Made by a program: the position numbers and the translations under genes
The notes under the pieces: model-generated
Told to the model about the DNA's origin: nothing
Database searches by the model: none
What the model saw: only the letters and a program-made list of their open reading frames with translations
Shown: positions 47,365 through 57,115 of the stretch, piece by piece
Layout: every line of letters begins with the position of its first letter
Position numbering within the stretch: the first letter of the stretch is position 1
Source: an uncultured delta proteobacterium
GTDB taxonomy: Bacteria; Desulfobacterota; Desulfuromonadia; Geobacterales; DSM-12255
DNA: 64,000 nucleotides
Reading direction: 5' to 3'
Assembly (NCBI GenBank): GCA_963787125.1
Contig: CAWBBV010000023.1
Location: 128,001 to 192,000 of the forward strand

Positions 47365-48192
47365 CTAAAGTAGATGGGTTTTTACAAATTCGGCTGCGTT
47401 TTTGTACAGAATCAGGCCGTCCCCCGTTTCAGGAAGGGTCTCTCTTGTCCAGCGCGGGTGTTGAGTATAGTGGACAAAAGCTTCAGGGTGAGGCATCAGC
47501 CCCATGAGTCTGCCGGTGGGGTCACAGAGGGCGGCGATGGCGTTAATGGAGCCGTTGGGGTTTTCCGGAAAATCCAGGGTTGCTGCAGAGTAATCCTTGC
47601 CGGAGTATTTAAGGACGGCAAGATGGGCGGCTTCGATCCGTGCCAGAGTGCTGTCGCTGTCGCAGACGAACTTTCCTTCGCCATGCCTTACCGGCAGATA
47701 AATCCCTTGCTCAATCCCTTTCGTATAAATGCAGGGGGATGCAGGGTCGGCTTTAAGGTAGCACCAGCGATCCTGAAAACGACCGCAGTCGTTATGCATT
47801 AGCGTCACACTCTGGTTCAGGTAGTTGCCGTCAAGGCCGGGGAGCATCCCCATTTTCACCATCAACTGAAAACCGTTACAAACACCGAGAATCAGTTTGC
47901 CGGCTGCTATAAAACGGCTGAACTGTTCGACCAGTTTTTCGCCGCTGCCGCTGACAGTGGCATGCTTGAGCCGGTTTGCCTGGGCTTTGGCGCTACCCAG
48001 GTCATCGCCATCAAGGAAACCGCCGGTTAGATTAAGGAAGTGAAAATCATCCAACCGGATTTCGCCGGAAAGAATTTCGGCGATATGGGCGATGACTGCT
48101 TCGTTAAATCCGCCGAGACGGCAGGCATGGGCCGCCTCCATCTCACAGTTGGTGCCGTTGCCGGTTATTACAATCGCGCGTGATTTTGCCAT
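47365..48192 (-). CDS. purQ: FGAM synthase glutaminase subunit
   Basis: GTNCEME, GGFLDGD, GVCNGFQ, MPHPE. Confidence 0.95.
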   Translation of the reverse strand: MAKSRAIVITGNGTNCEMEAAHACRLGGFNEAVIAHIAEILSGEIRLDDFHFLNLTGGFLDGDDLGSAKAQANRLKHATVSGSGEKLVEQFSRFIAAGKLILGVCNGFQLMVKMGMLPGLDGNYLNQSVTLMHNDCGRFQDRWCYLKADPASPCIYTKGIEQGIYLPVRHGEGKFVCDSDSTLARIEAAHLAVLKYSGKDYSAATLDFPENPNGSINAIAALCDPTGRLMGLMPHPEAFVHYTQHPRWTRETLPETGDGLILYKNAAEFVKTHLL

Positions 48193-48268
48193 CTATATCG
48201 AATCTCCTTGTCTTTGGGAAACGAGACATATTACTACAAATATATGGAGTCTGTCCTTTAGAATTTAT

Positions 48269-49033
48269 TTATTTTGTTCCGATTTGAAAATCCATCCCCA
48301 TTAGAGTTTTTTGCGGTATTTGCTCGTAGCCCCATTTACTGTAGGTAATCTTTGGGAGCAACTCTTCCACAAAACTTGCAATGCCGTTAATAGTTATGCT
48401 GCCGTTCTTGTCTGCCGCTTTACCCTTGAGCCCTTCCATGAGAGCCCAGGTAAATACTCCATGCCCTTCGTATCCTTCAAGTGCCACCTGATTCTTGCTG
48501 CTGGCAACAATGGTAGCCCGGCCCACGGCGCGGGAGAGTTTGGTAATAGCGGTTTTTTCGATCATTCCCCGGCTGGCGATTGCCTCGGCAAAGGAACCGC
48601 TATTGCAAGTATCAAGCAGCAGCAGGGACTTCATTGCCTGAATGTTGGCAAGGTTGCGCTTGAAATCATCCATAGAGATGCCTTGGCTCACAATTGCATT
48701 CTCACCAGTGTAACGGAAGTCAACCGGGAGGAAGTAATACCCGCCATCTTTATCGTGCGTAATACCATGCCCGGCGACAAAGAGGATAAATACATCTTCC
48801 CGCTTTGTCTGCTTGCCGATGGTTTCAAAAGCGTTGGCGAGTTCAACTTTGGTCACGTTTTCATTATAAATCCGGTGCAGACGGACATTGCCGAAAAGGT
48901 TACCGGCTGATTTTTACAGAGACGCAATCAGCTCTTCGGCATCACCTTTGGCATACTTCAGCCGCAAATCGCCGTCGCTGTAACTGTCCACGGCAACAGC
49001 CAGGATGTGCAGATCAGGTTTTTCTTTTGCGGT
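48269..49033 (-). pseudogene. Truncated caspase-domain (peptidase C14) gene with an in-frame stop
   Basis: KPDLHILAVAVDSY..LKYAKGDA..L*(48914-48916)..AGHG..DTCNSG..HGVFT; no start and N-terminus missing. Confidence 0.8.
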
Positions 49034-49133
49034 ACAGCCTGTTCAGAAAAAAATAGGGGTCAATGCTCCACTCTCTCCATCCACTGTCAGCCCCCGTTGC
49101 ATCCGGGCGAGCTACCGGCTCGCCCCTGCCCAT

Positions 49134-50348
49134 CTAATACAAAAAACCGAACAGCCAAAGCGGAATCTTGTTTCTGAAGCCAACCTCGATGTCATCGGCC
49201 ACAACAAAAGCCTCCGCCACCCCGTCGATCTGCTTGAAACCTTTCTTCTTGCCGCCGACTTCAAAAGTGTACCGCCCATTGACAATAAAATCACCGCTGG
49301 CGGCAAGCTCAACGGTACTTTCAAGCAACTGGGGGTGAATGCTGTGGGCATTACGTAACTGATTGACGAAAAACAACTCCCGTAACGCCCCGATGTTTAC
49401 CTCGTCGTTAATGGCATACATCAGGTTGCTGTTCTCCAGCAGAATCTTTTCCGGTCGGGTCAGCACCTCGTAACCTCTCCCCTGGCTCCGCACCAGATTA
49501 AGCAGCTTTGCATTCTGCAAATTTTCCAGATATTCGTACAGGCGCGGGCGGGATATGTCTGTCGCTTCGGCCAGTTTGGCGATATTCGGCACAAATGGCA
49601 CACCGGTTGCCAGCAGATAAAGCAGCTTTTTTATCTTCGATACCTGCCTCGGCTCGATACGGTTGACAAACGGAAGATCCACCTCAAGGATGTGGTTGAT
49701 AACCTCACGCAGCTTGAATTTGTAGAGCGCCGCCCCCTCAAGAAAAAACGGATAATAGCCGCTCTGCAAATAGTCACGGAACTCCTTCAGAGGCTTGAAC
49801 TCGCGGCAGAGGTCAGCGGCAAGCTGCTGGTGATCGCTGAGGATCGTCTCCAGAGGGTATACCGGCTGCTCTTTCTGCTGACTGAAGTTGATATACTCCC
49901 GCAAGGAAAGTCCATGCAGGTTGTAGATGATGGCCCGACGACTGAGATCACCCTTCTGTTTGGCAATCTGCAACAAGCTTGAGCCGGAAAAGACGATCTT
50001 CAGATCCGGAAGGGAATCGTAGACCGATTTCAGATGCACCGACCAGTCTGGATACTTGTGGATTTCATCAAGGAAAAGGGCTGTGCCGCCAATCTGGTGA
50101 AACTCCCTGGCGAATTCAAACAGGTTGTGAGCCTGAAAGTAGGGGCTGTCAACCGAGACATACAGAGCCTTGTTGCCGGAACCATAGGTCGCCTTGATAT
50201 GCTGCAGCATCAGGGTTGTCTTGCCAGTGCCCCGTGCTCCCAGAATGCCAATGCAGCGCTCGTTCCACTCAATCCGGCTGTAGAGATACCGTCTTGTCGG
50301 GGTTACGGCATCGACCAGTCGCTGCTGTTCACGAAAAATGTGTTCCAA
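49134..50348 (-). CDS. AAA_14/DUF4143-type ATPase
   Basis: GARGTGKT, LFLDEIH, SGSS, DLSRR, GYYPF, C-terminal DF..FEVGG. Confidence 0.85.
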   Translation of the reverse strand: MEHIFREQQRLVDAVTPTRRYLYSRIEWNERCIGILGARGTGKTTLMLQHIKATYGSGNKALYVSVDSPYFQAHNLFEFAREFHQIGGTALFLDEIHKYPDWSVHLKSVYDSLPDLKIVFSGSSLLQIAKQKGDLSRRAIIYNLHGLSLREYINFSQQKEQPVYPLETILSDHQQLAADLCREFKPLKEFRDYLQSGYYPFFLEGAALYKFKLREVINHILEVDLPFVNRIEPRQVSKIKKLLYLLATGVPFVPNIAKLAEATDISRPRLYEYLENLQNAKLLNLVRSQGRGYEVLTRPEKILLENSNLMYAINDEVNIGALRELFFVNQLRNAHSIHPQLLESTVELAASGDFIVNGRYTFEVGGKKKGFKQIDGVAEAFVVADDIEVGFRNKIPLWLFGFLY

Positions 50349-50425
50349 TGTCTAACCTCGCTATTTTGTAAATCTCATTTTACATTATAATAAGTAAAAT
50401 GCAAATAGCGTTTTACATGTTCAGG

Positions 50426-52567
50426 TTATCGCCTGTTCCACGCGCCGCGCACCAATCTGAGCTCTTCGTAACTTATGGAGTCCGGCAGACCTTCCTTTAA
50501 TAGTGACAAGTTTGCCGTGCCATCTTTCTCCAGTCTGGCCTGAATTAAAAGTACCTTGTCAGCATCAACAAACTGCAGCAGGTCGACATCAGCCCCTTTC
50601 TCCAGCAGCTCTTCAAGATGGGCGGAGATGGTTGATCCTTTCAAGCCGCGTCGGGCGCAGATCTCCTGAAAATCAAGCCCTTCCCTGTAGAGCCGGAGTG
50701 TCTCCAGCTGCGTATCACTCATGGCCAGACGCAGGTCATTGTCCGTAAGTTTCAAAACGGTGGAGCCTGAATTCCCTCCATACGCTGCAATCGCCTCCAG
50801 AAAGGGTTGGCCGTACTGGCGCAGTTTGTGTTCGCCGACACCGGTAATCTGACGGAACTCGTACGTGTCGCGGGGCATATTTCTGGCCATTTCCGCCAGG
50901 GTTGCATCGGAGAAGACCACGAACGGCGGGACTGAGGCGGCGTCGGCAAGTTTTTTCCGCAGCGCCCGGAGAGTGTCGAAGAGCGCCTGATCGTAATCTT
51001 TCTTGCCCCCGGTTTTTTTCTTCCCTTTTTCAACCGTCTCCACCGGGTTACGTGGCCGCCCGAGAATCACCTCAAGCTCTCCTTTGAGTACCGGTCGGGC
51101 AGTCGCAGAGAGACGCAAGGCGCCGAAACGGCTGAAATCCTGAACAAGATAGCCCAGGTGAATCAGCTGGCGAAAGATATTCTCCCACTCCACAGCCGGG
51201 ATGTCACTGCCGATGCCGTAGGTGGAGAGCTGGTTATGGTGCAGCTCCATGAGGCGCTGGCTCTTGCTGCCGCGCAGTACTTCAATGAGATGCATCATGC
51301 CGAAACGCTCGCCGACCCGGTATACACAGGAGAGGGCCTTTTGCGCCGCAATGGTGGCATCAAAGCGCTCCGGCGGGTCGGTGCAGATGTCACAGTTGTC
51401 GCATTTGTGCTCGTCCAGGTCGCCAAAATAGGCCAGGAGCGCCCGCCGCCTGCAGGTGAGAGCCTCGGCGTACGCCACCATGGCGCTTAGCTTCTGAATC
51501 TCGATCCGGATCCGTTCGGCATTGTCGCTGTTTTCAATCAGCTTGCGCGCGGTCATGACATCTCCCATGCCAAAAAGCATCAGCGCTTCGGACGGCAGGC
51601 CGTCACGCCCGGCACGACCGGTTTCCTGATAATAACTTTCGACGCTTTTGGGCATGTCGTAATGCACCACAAAACGGACGTTGGGCTTGTCAATTCCCAT
51701 GCCGAAGGCGACGGTGGCCACGACGATGCGAATGTCGTCCCGCTGGAAGGCATTCTGCACCCGTTGCCGCTCGGCATCCGGCAGGCCGGCATGATAAGCT
51801 GCCGCTGAAAACCCTTCCAGCTGCAGCCGCTCGGCAACCTGCTCCACCCGTTTACGACTGAGAGCGTAGACAATACCGGCTTCATCACGACGACCGCCCA
51901 GAAAGTTTTCCAGCTGAGTAAAAGGCTTCTGTTTGGGAATAACGGTATAGGTGATGTTGGGCCGGTCAAAGCCGGCAACAAAAACAGTCGCCTGCTGGAT
52001 ACCGAGCTGCTTGATAATGTCGGTGCGGGTCTCGGGATCCGCAGTGGCGGTCATGGCAATGACGGGAACCGCGGGGAAGCTCTGCCGCAAGCGCCCAAGC
52101 CGGGTGTATTCCGGCCTGAAGTCATGACCCCACTGGGAGATGCAGTGGGCTTCGTCAATAGCGAACATGGCAACTTTGATGGTAGCGAGTTTTGCCAGAA
52201 ACTCCGCCATCATCAGTCGCTCCGGGGCAACGTAGAGCAGATCCAGGTCGCCCCGATCAATCTTCTGGAAAACCAGGCGGGCTTCCCCTGTAGTAAGTGA
52301 GGAGTTTAACAGGGCAGCGCGTACGCCGTTGGCAACAAGGGCGTCGACCTGATCTTTCATCAGTGAGATGAGCGGCGAGACCACAATCGCCAGGCCATCC
52401 CGGTGCAGTGCCGGCACCTGGTAGCAGAGTGACTTTCCTCCGCCGGTCGGCATGACGAGAAAGACATCTTCGCCGGCAACGACCCGTTCGATAACCTCCT
52501 GCTGTGGAGGGCGGAACTGGTGAAAACCGAAGACCGCTGCGAGTGTTTTGTGGATGGTTTTTGTCAT
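50426..52567 (-). CDS. recQ: ATP-dependent DNA helicase RecQ
   Basis: PTGGGKSLCYQ, DEAHCISQWGHDFRPEY, QETGRAGRDG, RQC and HRDC domains. Confidence 0.97.
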   Translation of the reverse strand: MTKTIHKTLAAVFGFHQFRPPQQEVIERVVAGEDVFLVMPTGGGKSLCYQVPALHRDGLAIVVSPLISLMKDQVDALVANGVRAALLNSSLTTGEARLVFQKIDRGDLDLLYVAPERLMMAEFLAKLATIKVAMFAIDEAHCISQWGHDFRPEYTRLGRLRQSFPAVPVIAMTATADPETRTDIIKQLGIQQATVFVAGFDRPNITYTVIPKQKPFTQLENFLGGRRDEAGIVYALSRKRVEQVAERLQLEGFSAAAYHAGLPDAERQRVQNAFQRDDIRIVVATVAFGMGIDKPNVRFVVHYDMPKSVESYYQETGRAGRDGLPSEALMLFGMGDVMTARKLIENSDNAERIRIEIQKLSAMVAYAEALTCRRRALLAYFGDLDEHKCDNCDICTDPPERFDATIAAQKALSCVYRVGERFGMMHLIEVLRGSKSQRLMELHHNQLSTYGIGSDIPAVEWENIFRQLIHLGYLVQDFSRFGALRLSATARPVLKGELEVILGRPRNPVETVEKGKKKTGGKKDYDQALFDTLRALRKKLADAASVPPFVVFSDATLAEMARNMPRDTYEFRQITGVGEHKLRQYGQPFLEAIAAYGGNSGSTVLKLTDNDLRLAMSDTQLETLRLYREGLDFQEICARRGLKGSTISAHLEELLEKGADVDLLQFVDADKVLLIQARLEKDGTANLSLLKEGLPDSISYEELRLVRGAWNRR

Positions 52568-52689
52568 GTGAAGGGAACACTTGGATAGAGTCTGTTGCTA
52601 AAGCCCATAAAGCCTGCTTTGAAGGAATTTCCCGCAAGCTACCATAATGGCGAGTTCAATGCAATGTTGCCAAGGAGGGTAGAGCCGTC

Positions 52690-52723
52690 ATTGGGCGGCA
52701 GAATGAGAGAGCCGGCAGCGGTT
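52690..52723. repeat. 34-bp copy of an internal segment (54971-55004) of the FG-GAP gene
   Basis: ATTGGGCGGCAGAATGAGAGAGCCGGCAGCGGTT vs ATTGCGCGGCAGAATGAGAGAGCCGTCAGCGGTT (32/34). Confidence 0.8.
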
Positions 52724-52755
52724 ACGAAAGCCCTACTGTTGCAGGAGCGTGGCTG

Positions 52756-52787
52756 AAAGCAGCAGTCGGAAGAATCCGACTGCTGTT
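52756..52787 (-). terminator. Terminator-like hairpin after gap
   Basis: CAGCAGTCGGA-AGAA-TCCGACTGCTG. Confidence 0.65.
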
Positions 52788-52806
52788 CTGTTTTTGGCGG
52801 CAGTGA

Positions 52807-54255
52807 TCACCGCATTGGCATTGCCGGTAGTTCAAGTCCTGCCATTTTCTGCACCATTCGCACTACCTGACAGCTGTAACCGAATTCGTTATCATACCAG
52901 ACGTAGATGACGCAGCGGTTACCTTCGGCAATTGTTGCCAGCGAGTCAATCACCCCGGCATGGCGTGAGCCGACAAAGTCGCTGGAGACCACTTCCGGAG
53001 AGTTTGTGTAGTCGATCTGGTTTTGCAGGGGTGAATTGAGTGAAATACTGCGCAGATAACCGTTTAGTTCGGCAACAGTAACTTTTTGTGCCAGTTCCAG
53101 ATTGAGAATCGCCAGCGATACGTTCGGTGTCGGCACACGGATAGCGTTGCCGGTCAGCTTGCCACTTAAGTCGGGGATAACCTTGGCAACGGCCTTGGCA
53201 GCACCGGTTTCGGTGATGACCATATTCAACGGGGCGCTGCGACCGCGTCTTGAGGCTTCATGGTAGTTATCGATGAGATTCTGGTCGTTGGTGTAGGAGT
53301 GGCAGGTCTCCATATGCCCATGAACAATGCCGAAGTGGTCGTTGATTGCCTTCATTACCGGCACGATGGCATTGGTGGTACAACTTGCCGCCGAGAAAAT
53401 CTGCTCATTTTCAATAATCAGTTCATTGTTAACACCGGCAACCACGTTGGGGATATCACCTTTACCCGGTGCGGTGAGGATCACCTTGGTGATCCCTTTT
53501 GCCTTGAGATGCCTGCCAAGTCCGTCACGGTCGCGCCACTTGCCGGTGTTGTCAATGAGGATTGCGTTGTGAATGCCGTACTGTTCATAGTCAACATTTT
53601 CAGGGGCATCGGAGTAGATGATGCGGATCATGTTGCCATTGGCGATAATGGCATTTTCCTCTTCATCCACGGTAATAATGCCGTCAAACTGTCCGTGGAC
53701 AGAGTCGCGGCGGAGCAGACTGGCTCTTTTTATCAGATCGTCAGCACCACCTTTACGCACAACAGCAGCTCTCAGACGGAACTTCTCGCCACTGCCGGCC
53801 TTTTCAATGAGGATTCGCGCCAATAGCCGACCGATGCGACCAAAACCGTAGAGAACTATATCCTGCGGTTCGGCGAGGAGCGGGGTGCGTCCGGTCATGA
53901 TGTCTGCCAGTTCTGTGCGGATAAAGTCTTCGACAGAACTGCCGTTAACATTTGCCTGATAAAGAGTTGTCAGCCTCCCCAGGTCGATACGCGCCGGAGC
54001 CAGATTGAGCTTGCTGATAACCTCAAGTAGCGGAAAGGTTTCCTCCACCGTCAATTCGTGGTCAAGAATCTGCCGGGCAAATCGGTGCGCTTTGAGAATG
54101 TTGATCACGGTGTTATGTACCAGCGAGCGACCGTAGACAGTCACGACTACGTTGTTATCTCTGTAGAGTCGCCCGATCTTTGGCAGCATTCGTTCCGCCA
54201 GCTCCTCCTGATATTGCCACCCTTTTAAATGCTGATCAGCTTTGTTCTGGTTCAT
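52807..54255 (-). CDS. gap: Glyceraldehyde-3-phosphate dehydrogenase, long N-terminally extended type
   Basis: YGFGRIGR, ASCTTN, TGAAKA, RVPT, WYDNE. Confidence 0.95.
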   Translation of the reverse strand: MNQNKADQHLKGWQYQEELAERMLPKIGRLYRDNNVVVTVYGRSLVHNTVINILKAHRFARQILDHELTVEETFPLLEVISKLNLAPARIDLGRLTTLYQANVNGSSVEDFIRTELADIMTGRTPLLAEPQDIVLYGFGRIGRLLARILIEKAGSGEKFRLRAAVVRKGGADDLIKRASLLRRDSVHGQFDGIITVDEEENAIIANGNMIRIIYSDAPENVDYEQYGIHNAILIDNTGKWRDRDGLGRHLKAKGITKVILTAPGKGDIPNVVAGVNNELIIENEQIFSAASCTTNAIVPVMKAINDHFGIVHGHMETCHSYTNDQNLIDNYHEASRRGRSAPLNMVITETGAAKAVAKVIPDLSGKLTGNAIRVPTPNVSLAILNLELAQKVTVAELNGYLRSISLNSPLQNQIDYTNSPEVVSSDFVGSRHAGVIDSLATIAEGNRCVIYVWYDNEFGYSCQVVRMVQKMAGLELPAMPMR

Positions 54256-54275
54256 TTTTACTCCTTTCTTGCAGT

Positions 54276-54398
54276 TTAATAGCTAAGCTCAAAAGCGTTT
54301 TTGATATGTTCGATCTGGTGTTGATAGCTGCCATTTAAAAGGATTGCTATGACATCAAAACGAGCCGGGGTGTCGTGCAGACGGTTTCGACTAAGCCT
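54276..54398 (-). pseudogene. yraN: YraN (UPF0102) C-terminal fragment
   Basis: LHDTPARFDVIAI...IEHIKNAFEL. Confidence 0.7.
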
Positions 54399-54402
54399 GG
54401 TG

Positions 54403-54659
54403 AGGGCGTCGACCTGATCCTTGCGATTTGCCGCCGCCGGTCTGCATGACCAGAAAGACATCTTCGCCGGCAACGACCCGTTCGATAACCTCCTGCTGTG
54501 GAGGGCGGAACTGGTGAAAGCCGAAGACCGCTGCGAGTGTTTTGTGGATGGTTTTTGACATGGGAGAAGCGTATTGAAATTTACTGAACTGTTAAAGTTC
54601 ATAAAGCCTGCTTTGAAGGAATTTCCCGCAAATTACCATAATGATGAGTTCAATGCAAT
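54403..54659 (-). pseudogene. recQ: Duplicated recQ 5' end and upstream region with an internal deletion
   Basis: Near-identical to ~52338-52665 apart from a ~75-bp deletion and a diverged stretch just upstream of the ATG; encodes MSKTIHKTLAAVFGFHQFRPPQ..MQTGGGKS. Confidence 0.88.
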
Positions 54660-54733
54660 TTTCATCGCCCCTGGAATTTCTCAATACGGGATAATTCTAT
54701 TGGAAGAAGTCTGCAAAAAAAAGATAGGTACTG

Positions 54734-56197
54734 CTACGGTTCTACCTGCAAAACAGTTATTACTGACCTCCCTTTGCTGATCATCCCCTCTTTCTGCGTT
54801 ACTTCCAGCGTCATCAGCTCATTTGTTGCCGGATCATAACTGTAGTCTGCCAGATAGCCGGGGCGCTGCTCGCTTTTGAGCTGCTCCTTGAACTGGGAAC
54901 CGTTCCATTTGAGGCGGTGGAGGGAGTGTTTGTCGTATGATCTCATGGTGCCTACCACGAGGGAACCCATATTGCGCGGCAGAATGAGAGAGCCGTCAGC
55001 GGTTGCAATCATTCTCTGCTGCACAAAGACCCGGCGGTAATCTTCACCCAGGTTACTGCGCTGTTCACCGGTTTCACGTTTGAACCAGGTTTCAGAACCG
55101 CCAAAGCGGTCGACGCTCTGCCAGACAGTATCCCCCTTGCCAGATTTTACGGCCAGATAACCGGCACTGTTTATCACTGCGCAGAGATTGCCGGGTGCAT
55201 CAGGCTTAAAATGATTGAAGTTGTAGATAGTGCCCGGTTCAGGAAGCTTCTGCGGGTTTTTTGTGCTGAATTTAACCCCGTTTTTGACCAGTTCGAAAAT
55301 GTCACCGTAAAAGTCGGTATTCATCCCCATCTCCTGAGCAAAGATCTGCTGTGCGCCTGTGCCTAATCTGATTCCGCGGAAAAAATAGGGGAGATCCGTG
55401 GCAATCTTCTCCAGTGTTCCGTCTTTTGGGACTAATACCATGGATGCCACTGTTTCGCGGTCAACAGCAGTCAGGTAGATTTCAGGGGTTCCGTCGCCGT
55501 CCAGGTCGGCAGTGTCGATAGCGAGAATCTTGAAGCTTTTAGGGAGATCGATTTTTGCCACCATGGTCAGGCTGCTTCCCAGGCGGTAATATGAGATACT
55601 CTGTTCTCCGGCGATAAAAACTTCCCGTTCACCCGAAGCAAGTTTACGGCCCGGGGCGAGTGCGACCATGGCGCCGTCAAGCGGTTGGCTACTCCAGACT
55701 TCACGGAAAGTCCCGTTAACTGCAGCTGCTGCCTGGGCAACTATTGCCGGAGCGGCGGCAGTCGTTGGCGGCAGAGGCGCTGTAGTCGGCAGTTGCAGTT
55801 TTTCCCCAATGGTTGTCTTAGCCACAGCCGCTGCTATTTTCTCTGCCAGTCTGTCCAGCGCCGCCGGAACAGTGTCGTCTTTATCTCCCTGCTCCAAAAG
55901 TTTTATGAAGAGCTGATCGTCGAAGCTTTTGACGGTTGCATCCAGAGTAAAAATTTTACCAAAAACGACATAACTCCCGGATATCTCAACTTCGGCCTGC
56001 TCTTTCTTTGCAACCGGAGTGAATAGCTCGGCTTTAAGTTTTGCGGCGAGAAGTGACGGCAGGATCGAGCCTAGTTCATTGCCGTTCGGGGCGCCGACAA
56101 CTTTAAAATCGCTGACAAAAGTCCTGAGCGGTTCCGGCGCAGCATAGGCTACGGCGGTAATTGCCATCAGGATAACGGTTTTCACGAAAATACGCAT
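54734..56197 (-). CDS. Secreted FG-GAP/VCBS-motif protein
   Basis: Signal peptide; TADLDGDGTPEI motif. Confidence 0.7.
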   Translation of the reverse strand: MRIFVKTVILMAITAVAYAAPEPLRTFVSDFKVVGAPNGNELGSILPSLLAAKLKAELFTPVAKKEQAEVEISGSYVVFGKIFTLDATVKSFDDQLFIKLLEQGDKDDTVPAALDRLAEKIAAAVAKTTIGEKLQLPTTAPLPPTTAAAPAIVAQAAAAVNGTFREVWSSQPLDGAMVALAPGRKLASGEREVFIAGEQSISYYRLGSSLTMVAKIDLPKSFKILAIDTADLDGDGTPEIYLTAVDRETVASMVLVPKDGTLEKIATDLPYFFRGIRLGTGAQQIFAQEMGMNTDFYGDIFELVKNGVKFSTKNPQKLPEPGTIYNFNHFKPDAPGNLCAVINSAGYLAVKSGKGDTVWQSVDRFGGSETWFKRETGEQRSNLGEDYRRVFVQQRMIATADGSLILPRNMGSLVVGTMRSYDKHSLHRLKWNGSQFKEQLKSEQRPGYLADYSYDPATNELMTLEVTQKEGMISKGRSVITVLQVEP

Positions 56198-56257
56198 TGG
56201 TCACCTCTGGTGTTATTTTGCAGCATGCTGCTGCAAACTTCAACCTGATCCTGGAAA

Positions 56258-57034
56258 CTATTTAAAACCCAGTCGGTTCGATATCTCGGCAGCACCACTC
56301 TTTACCAGCGGCAGCAATTCATCATTTATCCGTGAGTCAGATAGCCGCGTCACCGGGCCGGAGATGCTTATCGCACCGACAACTGAGCCTATAGCATCGC
56401 GAACCGGTGCACTGATACTTCTTACTCCCGGGTCAAATTCCTCATTGTCACAGGCGTACCCCTGTTCGGCCACCAGTTTGAGATGCTGCTGGAGTTCGCC
56501 TCTGTCTGTGATCGTGTTTGGAGTGTAACGGTGATACTTGCCGACCGGGAGATGTAGCAGCTGTTCCTTGCGAGCCATGAATGCCAGCTGCACCTTGCCG
56601 GTCGCAGTGCAGTATGTCGGGAATCTGACTCCGAGGCGCGGTACGACCCGCACCATGAGATCTGACTCGACTGAATCAAGGTAGATACTGTAACGGTCTT
56701 TCATGACGGCAACGTAGGTGGTCTCTTTATGCCGGGCTGTCTGGGATTCCAATACCGGTCGTGACTGGCGCAGCAGCTCCATCTGTCTGAAGGCTGATTG
56801 GCGCAAATCGAGATTTTTGATGCCGAGCCTGTAGTTGCCGGTGCTGTTGTCCTGTTGAAGGTAATTCCTTGACTCCAGTGTTGCCAGCAGGCGAAAGACG
56901 TAATTCTTGCCCAACTGTAATCTGTCACAGAGCTCGGTAAAACTCAGTTCGGCAGTCTCTTCGCTGAACATCTCCAGCAGTTCAAATGCTCTTGAAACTG
57001 ACTGGATGCTGTAAGTTGCTTTATCCTGTTTCAC
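56258..57034 (-). CDS. IclR family transcriptional regulator
   Basis: IQSVSRAFELLE, FRLLATLE, CTATGK, SISAPV. Confidence 0.92.
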   Translation of the reverse strand: MKQDKATYSIQSVSRAFELLEMFSEETAELSFTELCDRLQLGKNYVFRLLATLESRNYLQQDNSTGNYRLGIKNLDLRQSAFRQMELLRQSRPVLESQTARHKETTYVAVMKDRYSIYLDSVESDLMVRVVPRLGVRFPTYCTATGKVQLAFMARKEQLLHLPVGKYHRYTPNTITDRGELQQHLKLVAEQGYACDNEEFDPGVRSISAPVRDAIGSVVGAISISGPVTRLSDSRINDELLPLVKSGAAEISNRLGFK

Positions 57035-57115
57035 GATAAAACCTCGGCAGACAAAGGTTGGTGATGGTGCCGTGTGCAGTGCTAGTCTGCACACGGCTGC
57101 GGTTCTTGATGACGA

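Noticed and set aside
54276..54602. 108-aa ORF as a real gene
   Set aside because: Chimera of an out-of-frame recQ duplicate and a yraN fragment
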